A DNA stretch of 53,806 nt from an uncultured archaeon (GTDB lineage: Archaea > Asgardarchaeota > Lokiarchaeia > Sigyniarchaeales > SOKP01): the NCBI GenBank assembly GCA_964525635.1, contig CAZGJX010000011.1, positions 1-53,806 on the forward strand, in the 5' to 3' direction. The notes beneath the pieces were generated by a model. The model saw only the letters and a list, made by a program, of their open reading frames with translations. It did no database searches and was not told the origin of the DNA. Positions 9,653 through 19,902 of the stretch are shown in pieces; the stretch's first letter is position 1; each line of letters starts with the position of its first letter. Both the position numbers and the translations under genes were made by a program.

Positions 9653-11527
9653 TTACTCATACTCTGCATCTACTACCCCATCTTGACCAGTAGCTTTTCG
9701 AAATTGTTCTTGTTCCATTTCATCCTTGGTTTTTGAACTTCCTGCTGTATCACCCATTCCCCCAGGAGGAGTACCTTGAGTTCCTTGTTGACCATATATC
9801 CTTGAAGATACTTCGTGTAAAGATTTTTTTAGATTCTCGATTTCGTTTTGAATTCTCTTTTTATCATCAGATTGGAGTGCTTTTTTAAGATCCTCTATTT
9901 TCTGTTCAATTTGATTTTTTATATCACCAATTAAATTTTCATTTTCTTTAATTAGTTTTTCTGTTTGATAGACTAAAGCTTCTCCTTGATTTTTCACTTC
10001 AATTATTTCTTGGAATTTTTTATCTTCTTCAGCATTTTTCTCCGCTTCGTTGATTTTTTTATTTATATCATCTTCACTCATTTTGTTAGAAGCCGTTATT
10101 GTAATACTTTGACTTTTTCCAGTTGCTTTATCTTTAGCTATTACACTTAAAATTCCATTAGCATCTATATCAAATATAACTTCGATTTGTGGAATTCCTC
10201 TTGGAGCAGGTGGAATTCCTGTTAAATGAAATTTCCCTAAAGATATATTATCGGTTGCTCTTGGTCTTTCTCCTTGTAATACATGAATTTCTACAGCAGT
10301 TTGGTTGTCCGCCGCGGTTGAAAAAGTTTCTGTCTTTTTGGTCGGGATAGTTGTATTTCTATTAATTAGTTTAGTAAACACACTGCCTAAGGTTTCAACG
10401 CCTAAAGATAAAGGAGTGACATCTAATAAGAGTAAATCTTCAACTTCTCCTGTTAAAACACCACCTTGAATCGCAGCACCCATAGCAACACATTCCATAG
10501 GATCAACTCCACGTTCAGGTTTCTTACCCAAGATTTTTTCGAATTTCTCTAGTACTGAAGGCATTCTAGTAGGACCACCTACTAAAATTACTTTATCTAT
10601 ATCATTTGAATTCATACCAGAATCTCTAAGAGCTTTTTTAATTGAAGCTTCAAGTTTATTTAAAACAGGCGAAATCAATTGTTCTAATTTAGCTCTTGTA
10701 ATTATCATATTTAAATGCTTAGGTTCCGAATTTGTAGCTGTAATATATGGTAGATTTATGTCAGTTTGTAGGACAGTTGAGAGCTCGATTTTTGCCTTCT
10801 CTGCTGCTTCTATAACTCTTTGTAATGCTTTTTTATCATTTCTTAAATCTACACCTTCTTTTTTCTTAAATTCTTCGACTATATAATCCACGATTTTATC
10901 ATCCATATCTCTTCCGCCTAATTGAGTATCTCCAGCTGTAGAGATAACCTCAAAGACTCTATCATCCATCTCCATAATAGTCACATCAAATGTTCCTCCA
11001 CCAAGATCCAAGACAACTATATTTAAATGCTGACCTTGTTTATCTAAACCGAATGCTACAGCTGCTGCAGTTGGTTCATTAATTAATCTTTTAACATTTA
11101 AACCAGCAATTCTTCCAGCATCTTTAGTGGCTTGTCTTTGATTATCATTAAAATATGCAGGCACTGTAATAATCGCATCAGTTACTTCTTCACCTAAATA
11201 AGCACTCGCATCTTCTTTTATCTTTCTGAGAATCATGGCTGAAAGCTCTTGAGGGGTGTACTTTTTGCTATCTATTTCAATTGTATAAGATGTTCCCATT
11301 TTTCTTTTTATACCCGATATTGTTCTCTCTGGATTTGAAATTGCTTGTCTTATTGCAGGTTCTCCTATAATTCTCTGCCCATCCTTTGTAAAAGCAATAA
11401 CTGACGGAAAAGCTTTACCATAGAGAGTAATACCTTCTTTACTTGGAATAATCTCTGGTGACCCTCCACTTAATACTGCTGCTGCAGAGTTTGAAGTTCC
11501 TAAATCAATCCCTATAATTTTTCCCAT
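9653..11527 (-). CDS. dnaK: Chaperone DnaK (Hsp70)
   Basis: [33 protein letters not shown] motifs; ends VVDAEYE. Confidence 0.98.
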   Translation of the reverse strand: MGKIIGIDLGTSNSAAAVLSGGSPEIIPSKEGITLYGKAFPSVIAFTKDGQRIIGEPAIRQAISNPERTISGIKRKMGTSYTIEIDSKKYTPQELSAMILRKIKEDASAYLGEEVTDAIITVPAYFNDNQRQATKDAGRIAGLNVKRLINEPTAAAVAFGLDKQGQHLNIVVLDLGGGTFDVTIMEMDDRVFEVISTAGDTQLGGRDMDDKIVDYIVEEFKKKEGVDLRNDKKALQRVIEAAEKAKIELSTVLQTDINLPYITATNSEPKHLNMIITRAKLEQLISPVLNKLEASIKKALRDSGMNSNDIDKVILVGGPTRMPSVLEKFEKILGKKPERGVDPMECVAMGAAIQGGVLTGEVEDLLLLDVTPLSLGVETLGSVFTKLINRNTTIPTKKTETFSTAADNQTAVEIHVLQGERPRATDNISLGKFHLTGIPPAPRGIPQIEVIFDIDANGILSVIAKDKATGKSQSITITASNKMSEDDINKKINEAEKNAEEDKKFQEIIEVKNQGEALVYQTEKLIKENENLIGDIKNQIEQKIEDLKKALQSDDKKRIQNEIENLKKSLHEVSSRIYGQQGTQGTPPGGMGDTAGSSKTKDEMEQEQFRKATGQDGVVDAEYE

Positions 11528-11640
11528 ATTTATTTCACCCTTTTATTTAATTTTATTATTTTCATTTTTTTTTTATTTTGTTTGACTTATATGACTTATT
11601 TTCTTGATTTTTTGAAAATCATAATCTTTATTTATTCTGA

Positions 11641-11674
11641 TGTCAACCACCGGTTTACAACAATTGATTGTTGT
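11641..11674. promoter_or_regulatory. Two overlapping inverted repeats upstream of dnaK (candidate operators)
   Basis: TGTCAACC-acc-GGTTTACA (7 of 8 paired) and perfect ACAACAAT-tg-ATTGTTGT. Confidence 0.5.
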
Positions 11675-11696
11675 TATATAAAATATGTAAAACGTG

Positions 11697-11712
11697 TTAT
11701 TTAAAAGTTTCG
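11697..11712 (-). promoter_or_regulatory. Archaeal BRE-TATA promoter of the dnaK operon
   Basis: Minus strand reads CGAAAC-TTTTAAATAA, matching the BRE plus TATA consensus. Confidence 0.6.
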
Positions 11713-11845
11713 TTTTTTAATTATAATCCTAAAATATCATTATTTTAAGAGAAAAAAGGAAAATCATTGTTTGTGTTTATTTTTTATAAGAAATTTTATC
11801 TTAAAAGTACACTAAATTTTAATTAAAAATAGGAAATGAAAATAA

Positions 11846-12481
11846 ATGAAAAAATATTGGAATAAAAGATTTGAAATAGGGGGAAGGATTTGGGGAGATA
11901 CTCCAAGTGATAGCACTCGATATGCTTTAGAATTATTTAAAAAAAAAAAAATAAAAGATATTTTAATATTTGGTGCAGGGTATGGTAGAAATTCAAAATT
12001 ATTTGTTCAAGAAGGTTATAATGTAGTCGGGATAGAGATTTCTGAGAAAGCATGTAATTTAGCTAAAGAGTTCAATCCACAAACCAATTTAATTAATGCA
12101 TCTGTTTTAAATCTACCTTTATCTAATAAAAAATTTGAAGCTATTTTTTGTTTCAATATACTTCATTTATTCTTAGAGAGAGAAAGGAAAATTCTCTTGA
12201 AAAATACCCATAAACAATTAAAAAATAGAGGTTTAGCTTTTTTTACTTTATTTTCTGAAGAAGAATCAAGTTATAAGAAAGGTAAAACTATTGAAGAAAA
12301 TACTTTTGAAAGTAAACCAGGTAGACCAACACATTACTTTTCTAAAGAAGATTTATTAGAACATTTTAAAGATTTTATCATAATTGAAGTAGGAATGATA
12401 GATGAGAAAGAGGATCATGGAGGAAAAGAACATATTCATAAGTTAAGATATATTCTTGTGGAAAAAAATAACAAAAAATAA
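11846..12481 (+). CDS. Class I SAM-dependent methyltransferase
   Basis: Motif I ILIFGAGYGRNS, motif II VVGIEIS. Confidence 0.88.
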   Translation: MKKYWNKRFEIGGRIWGDTPSDSTRYALELFKKKKIKDILIFGAGYGRNSKLFVQEGYNVVGIEISEKACNLAKEFNPQTNLINASVLNLPLSNKKFEAIFCFNILHLFLERERKILLKNTHKQLKNRGLAFFTLFSEEESSYKKGKTIEENTFESKPGRPTHYFSKEDLLEHFKDFIIIEVGMIDEKEDHGGKEHIHKLRYILVEKNNKK

Positions 12482-12565
12482 AGTGAATATTAATTTAACA
12501 AAGTTATCTTTTATTCTTTTAATAAAAGAGTTTAAAATTTAATTCAATAATGTTTTTTTATAATT

Positions 12566-13069
12566 ATGGGAAAAAAAATACTTATTTTATATAGCACTAA
12601 AAATGGTGCTACTAAAGACAGTTCTTTGATAATCAGCGAAATATTACATAATGAGTTTTCATTAGTTTCTAATGTAATAGATATAAGAGAATTTAATAAA
12701 AAAAGTGATTTAAGTCAATTTTCACTCATTATTTTAGGATCTGGAATTAGAATGGGAAGATGGTATGGAAAAGCATTAAAAATGTTGAAATTTTTAGAAA
12801 AAAATCATAGTAAAAATAATAAGTTTGCGATTTTTGTTTCTTCTGGCCGTGCTGGACATGCTATTGTTGAACAAAATCAGGATAATTATAGTTTGTGTTT
12901 TGAGAGATATATTGAACAAAAACTCTCTAATTTTCCGAATCTAACCCCAATTATCTCAGAGAAAGCATTTGGAGGGAGAAAATTTAAAAATAATCAAATA
13001 TCAGATGATACATGGAATAAAGAAGATATTCAAGAATGGGCAAGAGAAATTGGGAATTTAATAAAATGA
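12566..13069 (+). CDS. Flavodoxin-domain protein (HemG/Flavodoxin_5-like)
   Basis: ILILYSTKNGAT FMN loop, ILGSGIRMG, AFGG, D.W.KEDIQEWAREI. Confidence 0.8.
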   Translation: MGKKILILYSTKNGATKDSSLIISEILHNEFSLVSNVIDIREFNKKSDLSQFSLIILGSGIRMGRWYGKALKMLKFLEKNHSKNNKFAIFVSSGRAGHAIVEQNQDNYSLCFERYIEQKLSNFPNLTPIISEKAFGGRKFKNNQISDDTWNKEDIQEWAREIGNLIK

Positions 13070-13140
13070 TAATTTTTCAGTAAGAAAATCTATATTCTGT
13101 TATTTAGTTCATCGGAATCAAATTTACTATAGTTAAAAGT

Positions 13141-14382
13141 TTAAGAATCTTTTTCTAATATTTTGGAAAAATCTGTGAGAATAAATATCACCATACAGAC
13201 GGTTAACAATATCGAAATATAGGTAAATGCTATTGTATAATCAAATATTTCATAAAGTGCACCAAAAATAAATGCTTCAAATAACGATATTATTCCTACT
13301 GATAAATAATATGAACCATAAGCAATACCTCTCTTATTTTTACCTGCTAGATCCGCAACATAAGCTCTTGAAATTGGATCAACCGAAGCTAAATAGAATC
13401 CAAAACAACTAAATAGAATAATAATCAATATCAATGAAAATAATGAAATGGTAATAGGGAATGCAAGAATAATACAACTTACTAATAAGACAGTTAAACC
13501 AGTGATGATTATTGGTTTTCTCCCTATCTTATCAGAAAATTTACCTGTAAATGGAGATAATGCTACATATACTACATTAGACAATAAATATAAGAGGGGT
13601 ACCAAATAAAGTAATTCTGATCCTAAATAGTCTTCAGATCTGAGCATAAGAAAAGCAACATCTAAACTCGCAAATTCTATCACTCCTAATATTATTATAA
13701 ATTTTATAAATTTCTTACTTAACTTTTTCTTTTCTATTTTAGTAGTATTCTCGTTAATTCCTTTCATTTTCGTAATATCAATATCTTTTATCATAAAAAT
13801 TAAAATAACAGCACAGATTCCTGGAATAATCGAGAAAAATATAATTTGTGAATATGTCCAAGTAAAATAAAGGAATAGAAAAGCTAAGAGGGATCCTATA
13901 ACTGCACCCAAAGTATCCATCGATCGATGTAATCCAAATGCTTTTCCTTTTTCAATAGCATAATAAGATATGAGTGTATCTCTCGCGGAGGTTCTTAATC
14001 CTTTACCTGCCCTATCTACCGCTTTTAGACCTAAAACCATTCCCCATGAAGGACTAAAGGCTATAAATGGTTTTGATAGATTTGATATAGAATATCCTGC
14101 TACTACAAAGGGTTTCCTTCTATTAATTTTATCACTCATCCAACCTGTTATCCCTTTTAAAATATTAGAGAGAGCATTTGTGACCCCAGCTATTAGTCCT
14201 ACTATTAAAGTGGTACCTCCAATAGATATTATAAAAAAAGGAAAGATACTTTGAATCATTTCACTTGAAATATCAGTAAATAGAGACACGAGTCCCATAA
14301 CTAATACAGGAACACTCACACCTGCGATAATTCTTTGTTTATAGGTATTCTTATTTTTATCAGAAATATTTGAATCAGACAT
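13141..14382 (-). CDS. MFS transporter
   Basis: About 12 TM segments, motif A twice (GWMSDKINRRKP, GKFSDKIGRKP), DRAGKGLRT. Confidence 0.92.
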   Translation of the reverse strand: MSDSNISDKNKNTYKQRIIAGVSVPVLVMGLVSLFTDISSEMIQSIFPFFIISIGGTTLIVGLIAGVTNALSNILKGITGWMSDKINRRKPFVVAGYSISNLSKPFIAFSPSWGMVLGLKAVDRAGKGLRTSARDTLISYYAIEKGKAFGLHRSMDTLGAVIGSLLAFLFLYFTWTYSQIIFFSIIPGICAVILIFMIKDIDITKMKGINENTTKIEKKKLSKKFIKFIIILGVIEFASLDVAFLMLRSEDYLGSELLYLVPLLYLLSNVVYVALSPFTGKFSDKIGRKPIIITGLTVLLVSCIILAFPITISLFSLILIIILFSCFGFYLASVDPISRAYVADLAGKNKRGIAYGSYYLSVGIISLFEAFIFGALYEIFDYTIAFTYISILLTVCMVIFILTDFSKILEKDS

Positions 14383-14645
14383 AATTCCTAAAAATGGTTA
14401 TACTTTGTATTTTTACTAATTACAAAACTAACTATTAATAATTCTAATTTTCATTTCAATAAAAAAATGACCTATATAATTTTCTTTATTTATACTAAAT
14501 AAATATGATTTTTATTATATTTTACTAAAGAAGCTTTATATAATTGGTATTTAAAGTTTTTAGTAAAATAATTCTTTATTTAATCTTAAAAATAAAAAAA
14601 AAATAAAAAAAAAACAGATAAAATATTTTAATTATTTATTGTCAA

Positions 14646-15173
14646 TTATCTCTTTATTAAAAGGTTCTTCATACAAACAATTGTCATAATAACGAAAGGT
14701 AGTCCCAATTTCCAGAAATTTGCCCATGTAAATAGAATATCACTGAAGCCCATCGTTTTTGGTACGTCATATGGCATGACCATTAATGCTAAAAGAATCA
14801 CCCATACAACCATATAAACTACCATTTTACTATCTTTTTCATCAAGTGGTGTTATTATTTTTGTTACTTTAGCAAGTTTCATACCAACTTTCGCAGTTAA
14901 CTTGGGCAATATCAACATAATTCCAGCTACTAAATATACAATCCAATACGCAAAACCATTCATGAAAACATCACCAGCATCTACCTTTGCTGTTGCTACC
15001 CAAGGAGGGATTGGAAGGATAATAGTTATTTCAGCATTCAATGCTTGAACCATATCTACAAGACCAAAGACGATTAAATAAACACCGAGTACCATAGCGA
15101 TCAATTCTATAATATCAGCATAGCCAAATTTTGCCATTGTATCCATGAAGGATTTATCACTTTTTTCTGCCAT
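14646..15173 (-). CDS. Hypothetical membrane protein (about 4 TM)
   Basis: 175-aa ORF with hydrophobic segments in otherwise stop-rich DNA; no family recognised. Confidence 0.75.
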   Translation of the reverse strand: MAEKSDKSFMDTMAKFGYADIIELIAMVLGVYLIVFGLVDMVQALNAEITIILPIPPWVATAKVDAGDVFMNGFAYWIVYLVAGIMLILPKLTAKVGMKLAKVTKIITPLDEKDSKMVVYMVVWVILLALMVMPYDVPKTMGFSDILFTWANFWKLGLPFVIMTIVCMKNLLIKR

Positions 15174-15404
15174 AATTTTTCACTTAGTAATTTTATATTT
15201 TTTTTAATTTTAAATTATAATTTTAAATTATAATTTTAAATGGTGAAAGTATATTATTTAAAGTTTATTTAAATTCTATTTATAAATGATTATTTACCTA
15301 TGATTAATTTTGTGAAAAAAAAAGCAAAAATTGGATTCGATTTTATTTATAAACTGATCAAAATATAACAATACAAGTTAATAAAACTGAAAATTGGGAA
15401 GAAA

Positions 15405-16490
15405 ATGCAAAAAAAATTTATAGTAATGTTACTAATTGCCGCTTTTATAACAGCGGGTATTTTTATATTTGGAATTTTAGGATATACCACTTATGGTTAT
15501 ATTGATGAATCATTTAAATATAATTATAGTACTTCTGGAAATGATATCGATGAAATCACTTTAGATACAGATATTTGTGATATTGAGATAAAATATAATG
15601 AATCAATAATCCCTACAAACATAGCAATGATGATTACCATAGATATTCATATGGAGGGATTTTTTATGGAAGGAAAGACATTCAGTAGTTACTTCGAACC
15701 AATTGATACAGTAAATAATAGTATGGTAAAAAGCCTAACTCTGAAGAGGAAACCTTCCGTATGGTTTGATCCCTCCTTTTGGTTTAAGAGTGGTAATGTT
15801 AAATTAATTGCTACCTTGAGAACAGATTTAAAATATAATATTAGTGTTGATGTAGCGACTGGAAATATTAAATTATTGACTTCAGAGAAGAGTGTACTTG
15901 ATAATATTTCATTAGTAACAAAAACGGGAAATATCCAAGTTAATACTGCCGATTCTGAATTTACTGGTAATGTTGATTTTTCTACCATCACAGGAAATAT
16001 AAATATTATTTGTGATAAAACAAATTTTTCAAATAACATTAATGTAAAAACTGCCACAGGAAATGTATATTATAATTTGAATGAATGTAATCTAGGAGGA
16101 GATCTTGAAATAAGTATTTCAACAGGGAATATCGATTTAAGAACTAATGATATTATTTCTTCAAATAGCAATACATGGACCTTATCTACCATCACAGGAA
16201 ATATTGATATTCTAGTTCAGCAAAATATAGAGCTTGGATCACAAATTCAAGGAACAACAAGTACTAAAACAGGAAATATCGATTTAAACTACGTTGATAC
16301 TAACTCTAATGTAGGTGCTAAATTCACTGGGAGTGTAGCCACAGGTGATATTTCTTACTCTAGTACTGGTGGATTTATTCAAGAAAATAATTCTTATAGA
16401 TCATTAGATTTTGCTACAGCTTTTTATAAATATGATTTGAATTTGAATACAATTACAGGAAATATCAAAATTACAGGATCTAGTATTTAA
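15405..16490 (+). CDS. DUF4097-like beta-strand repeat (adhesin-like) protein
   Basis: N-terminal TM then about 9 repeats of xxTG(N/D)(I/V). Confidence 0.8.
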   Translation: MQKKFIVMLLIAAFITAGIFIFGILGYTTYGYIDESFKYNYSTSGNDIDEITLDTDICDIEIKYNESIIPTNIAMMITIDIHMEGFFMEGKTFSSYFEPIDTVNNSMVKSLTLKRKPSVWFDPSFWFKSGNVKLIATLRTDLKYNISVDVATGNIKLLTSEKSVLDNISLVTKTGNIQVNTADSEFTGNVDFSTITGNINIICDKTNFSNNINVKTATGNVYYNLNECNLGGDLEISISTGNIDLRTNDIISSNSNTWTLSTITGNIDILVQQNIELGSQIQGTTSTKTGNIDLNYVDTNSNVGAKFTGSVATGDISYSSTGGFIQENNSYRSLDFATAFYKYDLNLNTITGNIKITGSSI

Positions 16491-16557
16491 TTTCAAGTAT
16501 AAATTTTCTTTTTATTTTATTTTTCTAAATTAAAAAAAGATGTTATTATTATTTTGT

Positions 16558-18021
16558 TTATTTTTTAGAAGCTTTCTCAAGAATTTCTCCAACATAATAC
16601 AATCCAATTAAATTTCCACGTCTTTCGAATCTACGTGAAACTAATAGAATAATAACATGTTCATTTTCATTAAGGGCATTATTATCGACAGCAAATTCAA
16701 CAGATTTTGCAATTATACTTTCAGCGTCTATTTTAAAAAAATCTATTTTTTCAATGTGATAAGGGTGAACACCCCATACGAGATGTAATTCTCTTGCAGT
16801 TTTTTTAGATGGTGTTATAGCTATTATTGGTAAAGGAGGTCTATATTTTGAAGTCATTTTTACACCATAACCTCCCCGAGTTATAATCAGTATCTTTCCC
16901 CTAAAGTTAAGCTCTTCCATTTCAGTAGCTAAAGAATGTATTGCATGACCTAATGTTTGAGTATGAGTTAACCGCTCAGAGTCGTAAACATCAGGAATTC
17001 TTTTTGGCATATGTTGATTTGCAGTAATAGCAATAGCATTCATTATTTTAACAGCATTTAATGGATATTTTCCTACAGCAGTCTCGGCAGAGAGCATAAC
17101 CGCATCTGTTCCATCTAATACGGCATTAAATACATCAGCAGCTTCTGCTCTAGTAGGAACGGGTGAATTTGTCATAGATTCTAACATTTGCGTAGCAACT
17201 ATAACTAATTTTCCTTCTTTATTACATTTATATATTAGTTCTTTTTGTTTCACGGGTACTTGTTCAGGGGCAATTTCAACACCTAAATCTCCTCTTGCAA
17301 TCATTATTCCATCAGATATTTCTAAAATTTGGTCAAAATTTGTTAAAGCAATTGGTCTTTCTATTTTTGAAATTAATTTAATTTCATCATTTCCATAATT
17401 CTCTAAAATTCTTTTAACATGAAGAACATCATCTCCACTAGATACAAATGAAATAGCAACAAATTCTATATCCAATTCAGCTATTAATTTTAAATCCTTA
17501 ATATCTTTTTCAGTTGGTATTTTTTCTTCTAATTCTCCTGTTGGAATATTAACTCCTTTATTATTACTTATGCTTCCTCCTGTTAACACCCTTCCAATTA
17601 AATATTCTCCATTCTTCTCTTCAACTTCAATTTTAATGATACCATCATTTATATAAAAAGAATCTCCAATATCTACAGAGTTCAAAAATCCTTTTGATGG
17701 AATCGAAAATTGTTCACTATTTCCTATTATCTCCTTTTCATAGACTTTAATCTCTTGACCCGTTGATAATATATATGTCTCATCATTCTCAAATTCTCCT
17801 ACTCTAATTTTAGGTCCTTGAATGTCTGCTAAAATTGCTATATAATCATCAATTTCTCTAATTTTCTTGACAATACTCCTTTTTTCTTCATGAGTACCAT
17901 GAGAAAAATTTAATCGAAAAACATCAACTCCAGTAGCTATTAATTTTTCAATCATTTCTTTAGATTCGGTTACTGGTCCTAAGGTTGCAATTATTTTTAT
18001 AATATTTTCTCGAAAAGACAT
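16558..18021 (-). CDS. pyk: Pyruvate kinase
   Basis: KIIATLGP, RLNFSHG, SKIE, MIARGDLGVE, ATQMLESM, DAVMLSAETA. Confidence 0.97.
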   Translation of the reverse strand: MSFRENIIKIIATLGPVTESKEMIEKLIATGVDVFRLNFSHGTHEEKRSIVKKIREIDDYIAILADIQGPKIRVGEFENDETYILSTGQEIKVYEKEIIGNSEQFSIPSKGFLNSVDIGDSFYINDGIIKIEVEEKNGEYLIGRVLTGGSISNNKGVNIPTGELEEKIPTEKDIKDLKLIAELDIEFVAISFVSSGDDVLHVKRILENYGNDEIKLISKIERPIALTNFDQILEISDGIMIARGDLGVEIAPEQVPVKQKELIYKCNKEGKLVIVATQMLESMTNSPVPTRAEAADVFNAVLDGTDAVMLSAETAVGKYPLNAVKIMNAIAITANQHMPKRIPDVYDSERLTHTQTLGHAIHSLATEMEELNFRGKILIITRGGYGVKMTSKYRPPLPIIAITPSKKTARELHLVWGVHPYHIEKIDFFKIDAESIIAKSVEFAVDNNALNENEHVIILLVSRRFERRGNLIGLYYVGEILEKASKK

Positions 18022-18099
18022 TGATATTCGACTTTTAGTTTCTTTCTTAAATTCTAAATAAATTAATTAATATAAATAGTGTTAAACTTTCTTTAAAAA

Positions 18100-18558
18100 T
18101 TATTTATTTTCTGATATATTATTGAGATTTTTCAATTTCTCTTTGAATATTATAGTTAACTTTTTAAAATTATCAAGTATTTCATTATAAAGTTCTGCTG
18201 TGTTTATTTCTATTAAACTTAAAAGACTTACACGATAAGTGTTTGGATGAAGGCAAAATTGAATAAGTTTAAAGTTTTTATTTACAGCAAAATTTTTTAC
18301 TAAATTTACAAGTAAATCAGAACTCTGTGATGCAATTACATTTCCAATAAAATATCTATATTTGGATTTTTTTTTGTGATCTTTTATTTTAAACAAATAT
18401 AATTTAAGTGATTTTTCTTCAATTTTGTAAATATTTTTTATTTTTAGTAGTTTAATTTCATTATTAACTACTTCTGAGATAGGGGGATATTTCCCTTTAA
18501 ATTTTTTAGCTTTTATAGTAAGTTCTTCAATAAAACCATTAAAATTCTTTTTATTCAT
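18100..18558 (-). CDS. Hypothetical protein
   Basis: 152-aa ORF co-oriented with and upstream of pyk. Confidence 0.7.
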   Translation of the reverse strand: MNKKNFNGFIEELTIKAKKFKGKYPPISEVVNNEIKLLKIKNIYKIEEKSLKLYLFKIKDHKKKSKYRYFIGNVIASQSSDLLVNLVKNFAVNKNFKLIQFCLHPNTYRVSLLSLIEINTAELYNEILDNFKKLTIIFKEKLKNLNNISENK

Positions 18559-18919
18559 AACTATTCTGTTGAAAATTTATCTTAAATTAAAAAATTAATT
18601 AATCAATAAATAAATTCACTTTTAGATTATAGAGTTTTGATTAATAGTACAAGTAAAACAATAATTTTTGCTTTGTGTGCTAAATTAAAAAAGTTTGTGT
18701 GAAAAAAGGTTTTTTCAGATATTTTTTATAAAATTTATAAGATTTTGTCGGAATATTTATATATGTTGTTTATCACGTTATATATGTTAAAAAAACTGCC
18801 AATAAGGAATACCTAAGTTCAAAATTACATTTTATTTGTATTCAAAAGAGAATAATAACTAATTTGGAATATAATTACATTATTTAATTAATCATTATCT
18901 TGGGGTAGGAAAAAAAAAA

Positions 18920-19135
18920 ATGGCTTTAATACCTTCTTTTGACGAAGAAGTGTTTCAAGTAAGTAAATTTATTGATTTTGATAGAGATAAAAAAGTTTTT
19001 TATAACAATTTATATATAGAAGATTGCGATTATGTTGTAAAAATACCTCTCTCAGAAAAAAGGATTCTCGATAATAAAATTAAAATTGAAAGATTTAATT
19101 TAGCTAAATATACATATCTCCTCAATTATGAATAA
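18920..19135 (+). CDS. Small hypothetical protein
   Basis: 71-aa ATG ORF preceded by a G-rich GGGGTAGG segment. Confidence 0.5.
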   Translation: MALIPSFDEEVFQVSKFIDFDRDKKVFYNNLYIEDCDYVVKIPLSEKRILDNKIKIERFNLAKYTYLLNYE

Positions 19136-19215
19136 GAAATAAAAGAAAAATCATTAGACGTTTTTATCTCAAATCATAAGAAAGAAAATTCCTAATTCAG
19201 ATTTTGTTTAAATTA

Positions 19216-19335
19216 TTATTTTGTTATCTTTATTTTTTTGTTCCAACAAGAAAAACATATATAGTCTTTATTTTTTAAAAGAACTAAATCTTTTACAGCT
19301 CGAATCATTCCACATATTTTACATCTTTTTTTCAT
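19216..19335 (-). CDS. 39-aa zinc-finger microprotein (CxxC-x18-CxxC)
   Basis: Manual translation MKKRCKICGMIRAVKDLVLLKNKDYICFSCWNKKIKITK; below the ORF-track size limit. Confidence 0.65.
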   Translation of the reverse strand: MKKRCKICGMIRAVKDLVLLKNKDYICFSCWNKKIKITK

Positions 19336-19902
19336 TTAAAATTACACGGTTTTTTACTTAAATTACTCAAATCTGAAATAATCATATCTTAATACTTATT
19401 AAAAAGCTTATTTTCTCTTTTAGTATATAATTTTTAGAATACAATTTATAGCTTGAAATCTTTTATTCTTTTTATTTTTTTACCTCTTTATTGAATTATG
19501 ACATTTCTTCTACCTAAGTTATCTAATTTTGAATATTAGTGATTAACTTTAAAGAAAAGTTAGTAGAAGAAAAAGAGAGATGGAAACAATCCCAATTCGA
19601 ACAAAAAAATAAAAGGAAGAGTAAATTAAACTTTTTTTAGTTTAATAGAGGGCGAAATCCAATGTTAAATATCGAATTGCAATAAGGATTCTTTCCATTT
19701 AATATATCTTTTATTTTGTAGTTTAAAAAGATTAGAACATTATTTTAATTTCCGTGTTATCGCAACATACAAAAATCATACCAAATATAAATTATAGAAT
19801 AAAAATGAAATATTGAAAATTATTAATTTCTGATATTTTTTTTTAATAATATTGAAGATAATAGGGAAAATTCTAAGGATATATATTGATTTATAAAAAT
19901 TA

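Noticed and set aside
15205-15240. Short tandem repeat TTTTAAATTATAA
   Set aside because: Pure A/T low complexity in an AT-rich spacer
18823-18880. AATTACAT copies shared with the TFB and ABC promoters, read as a regulon
   Set aside because: An AT-rich 8-mer expected many times by chance at this base composition
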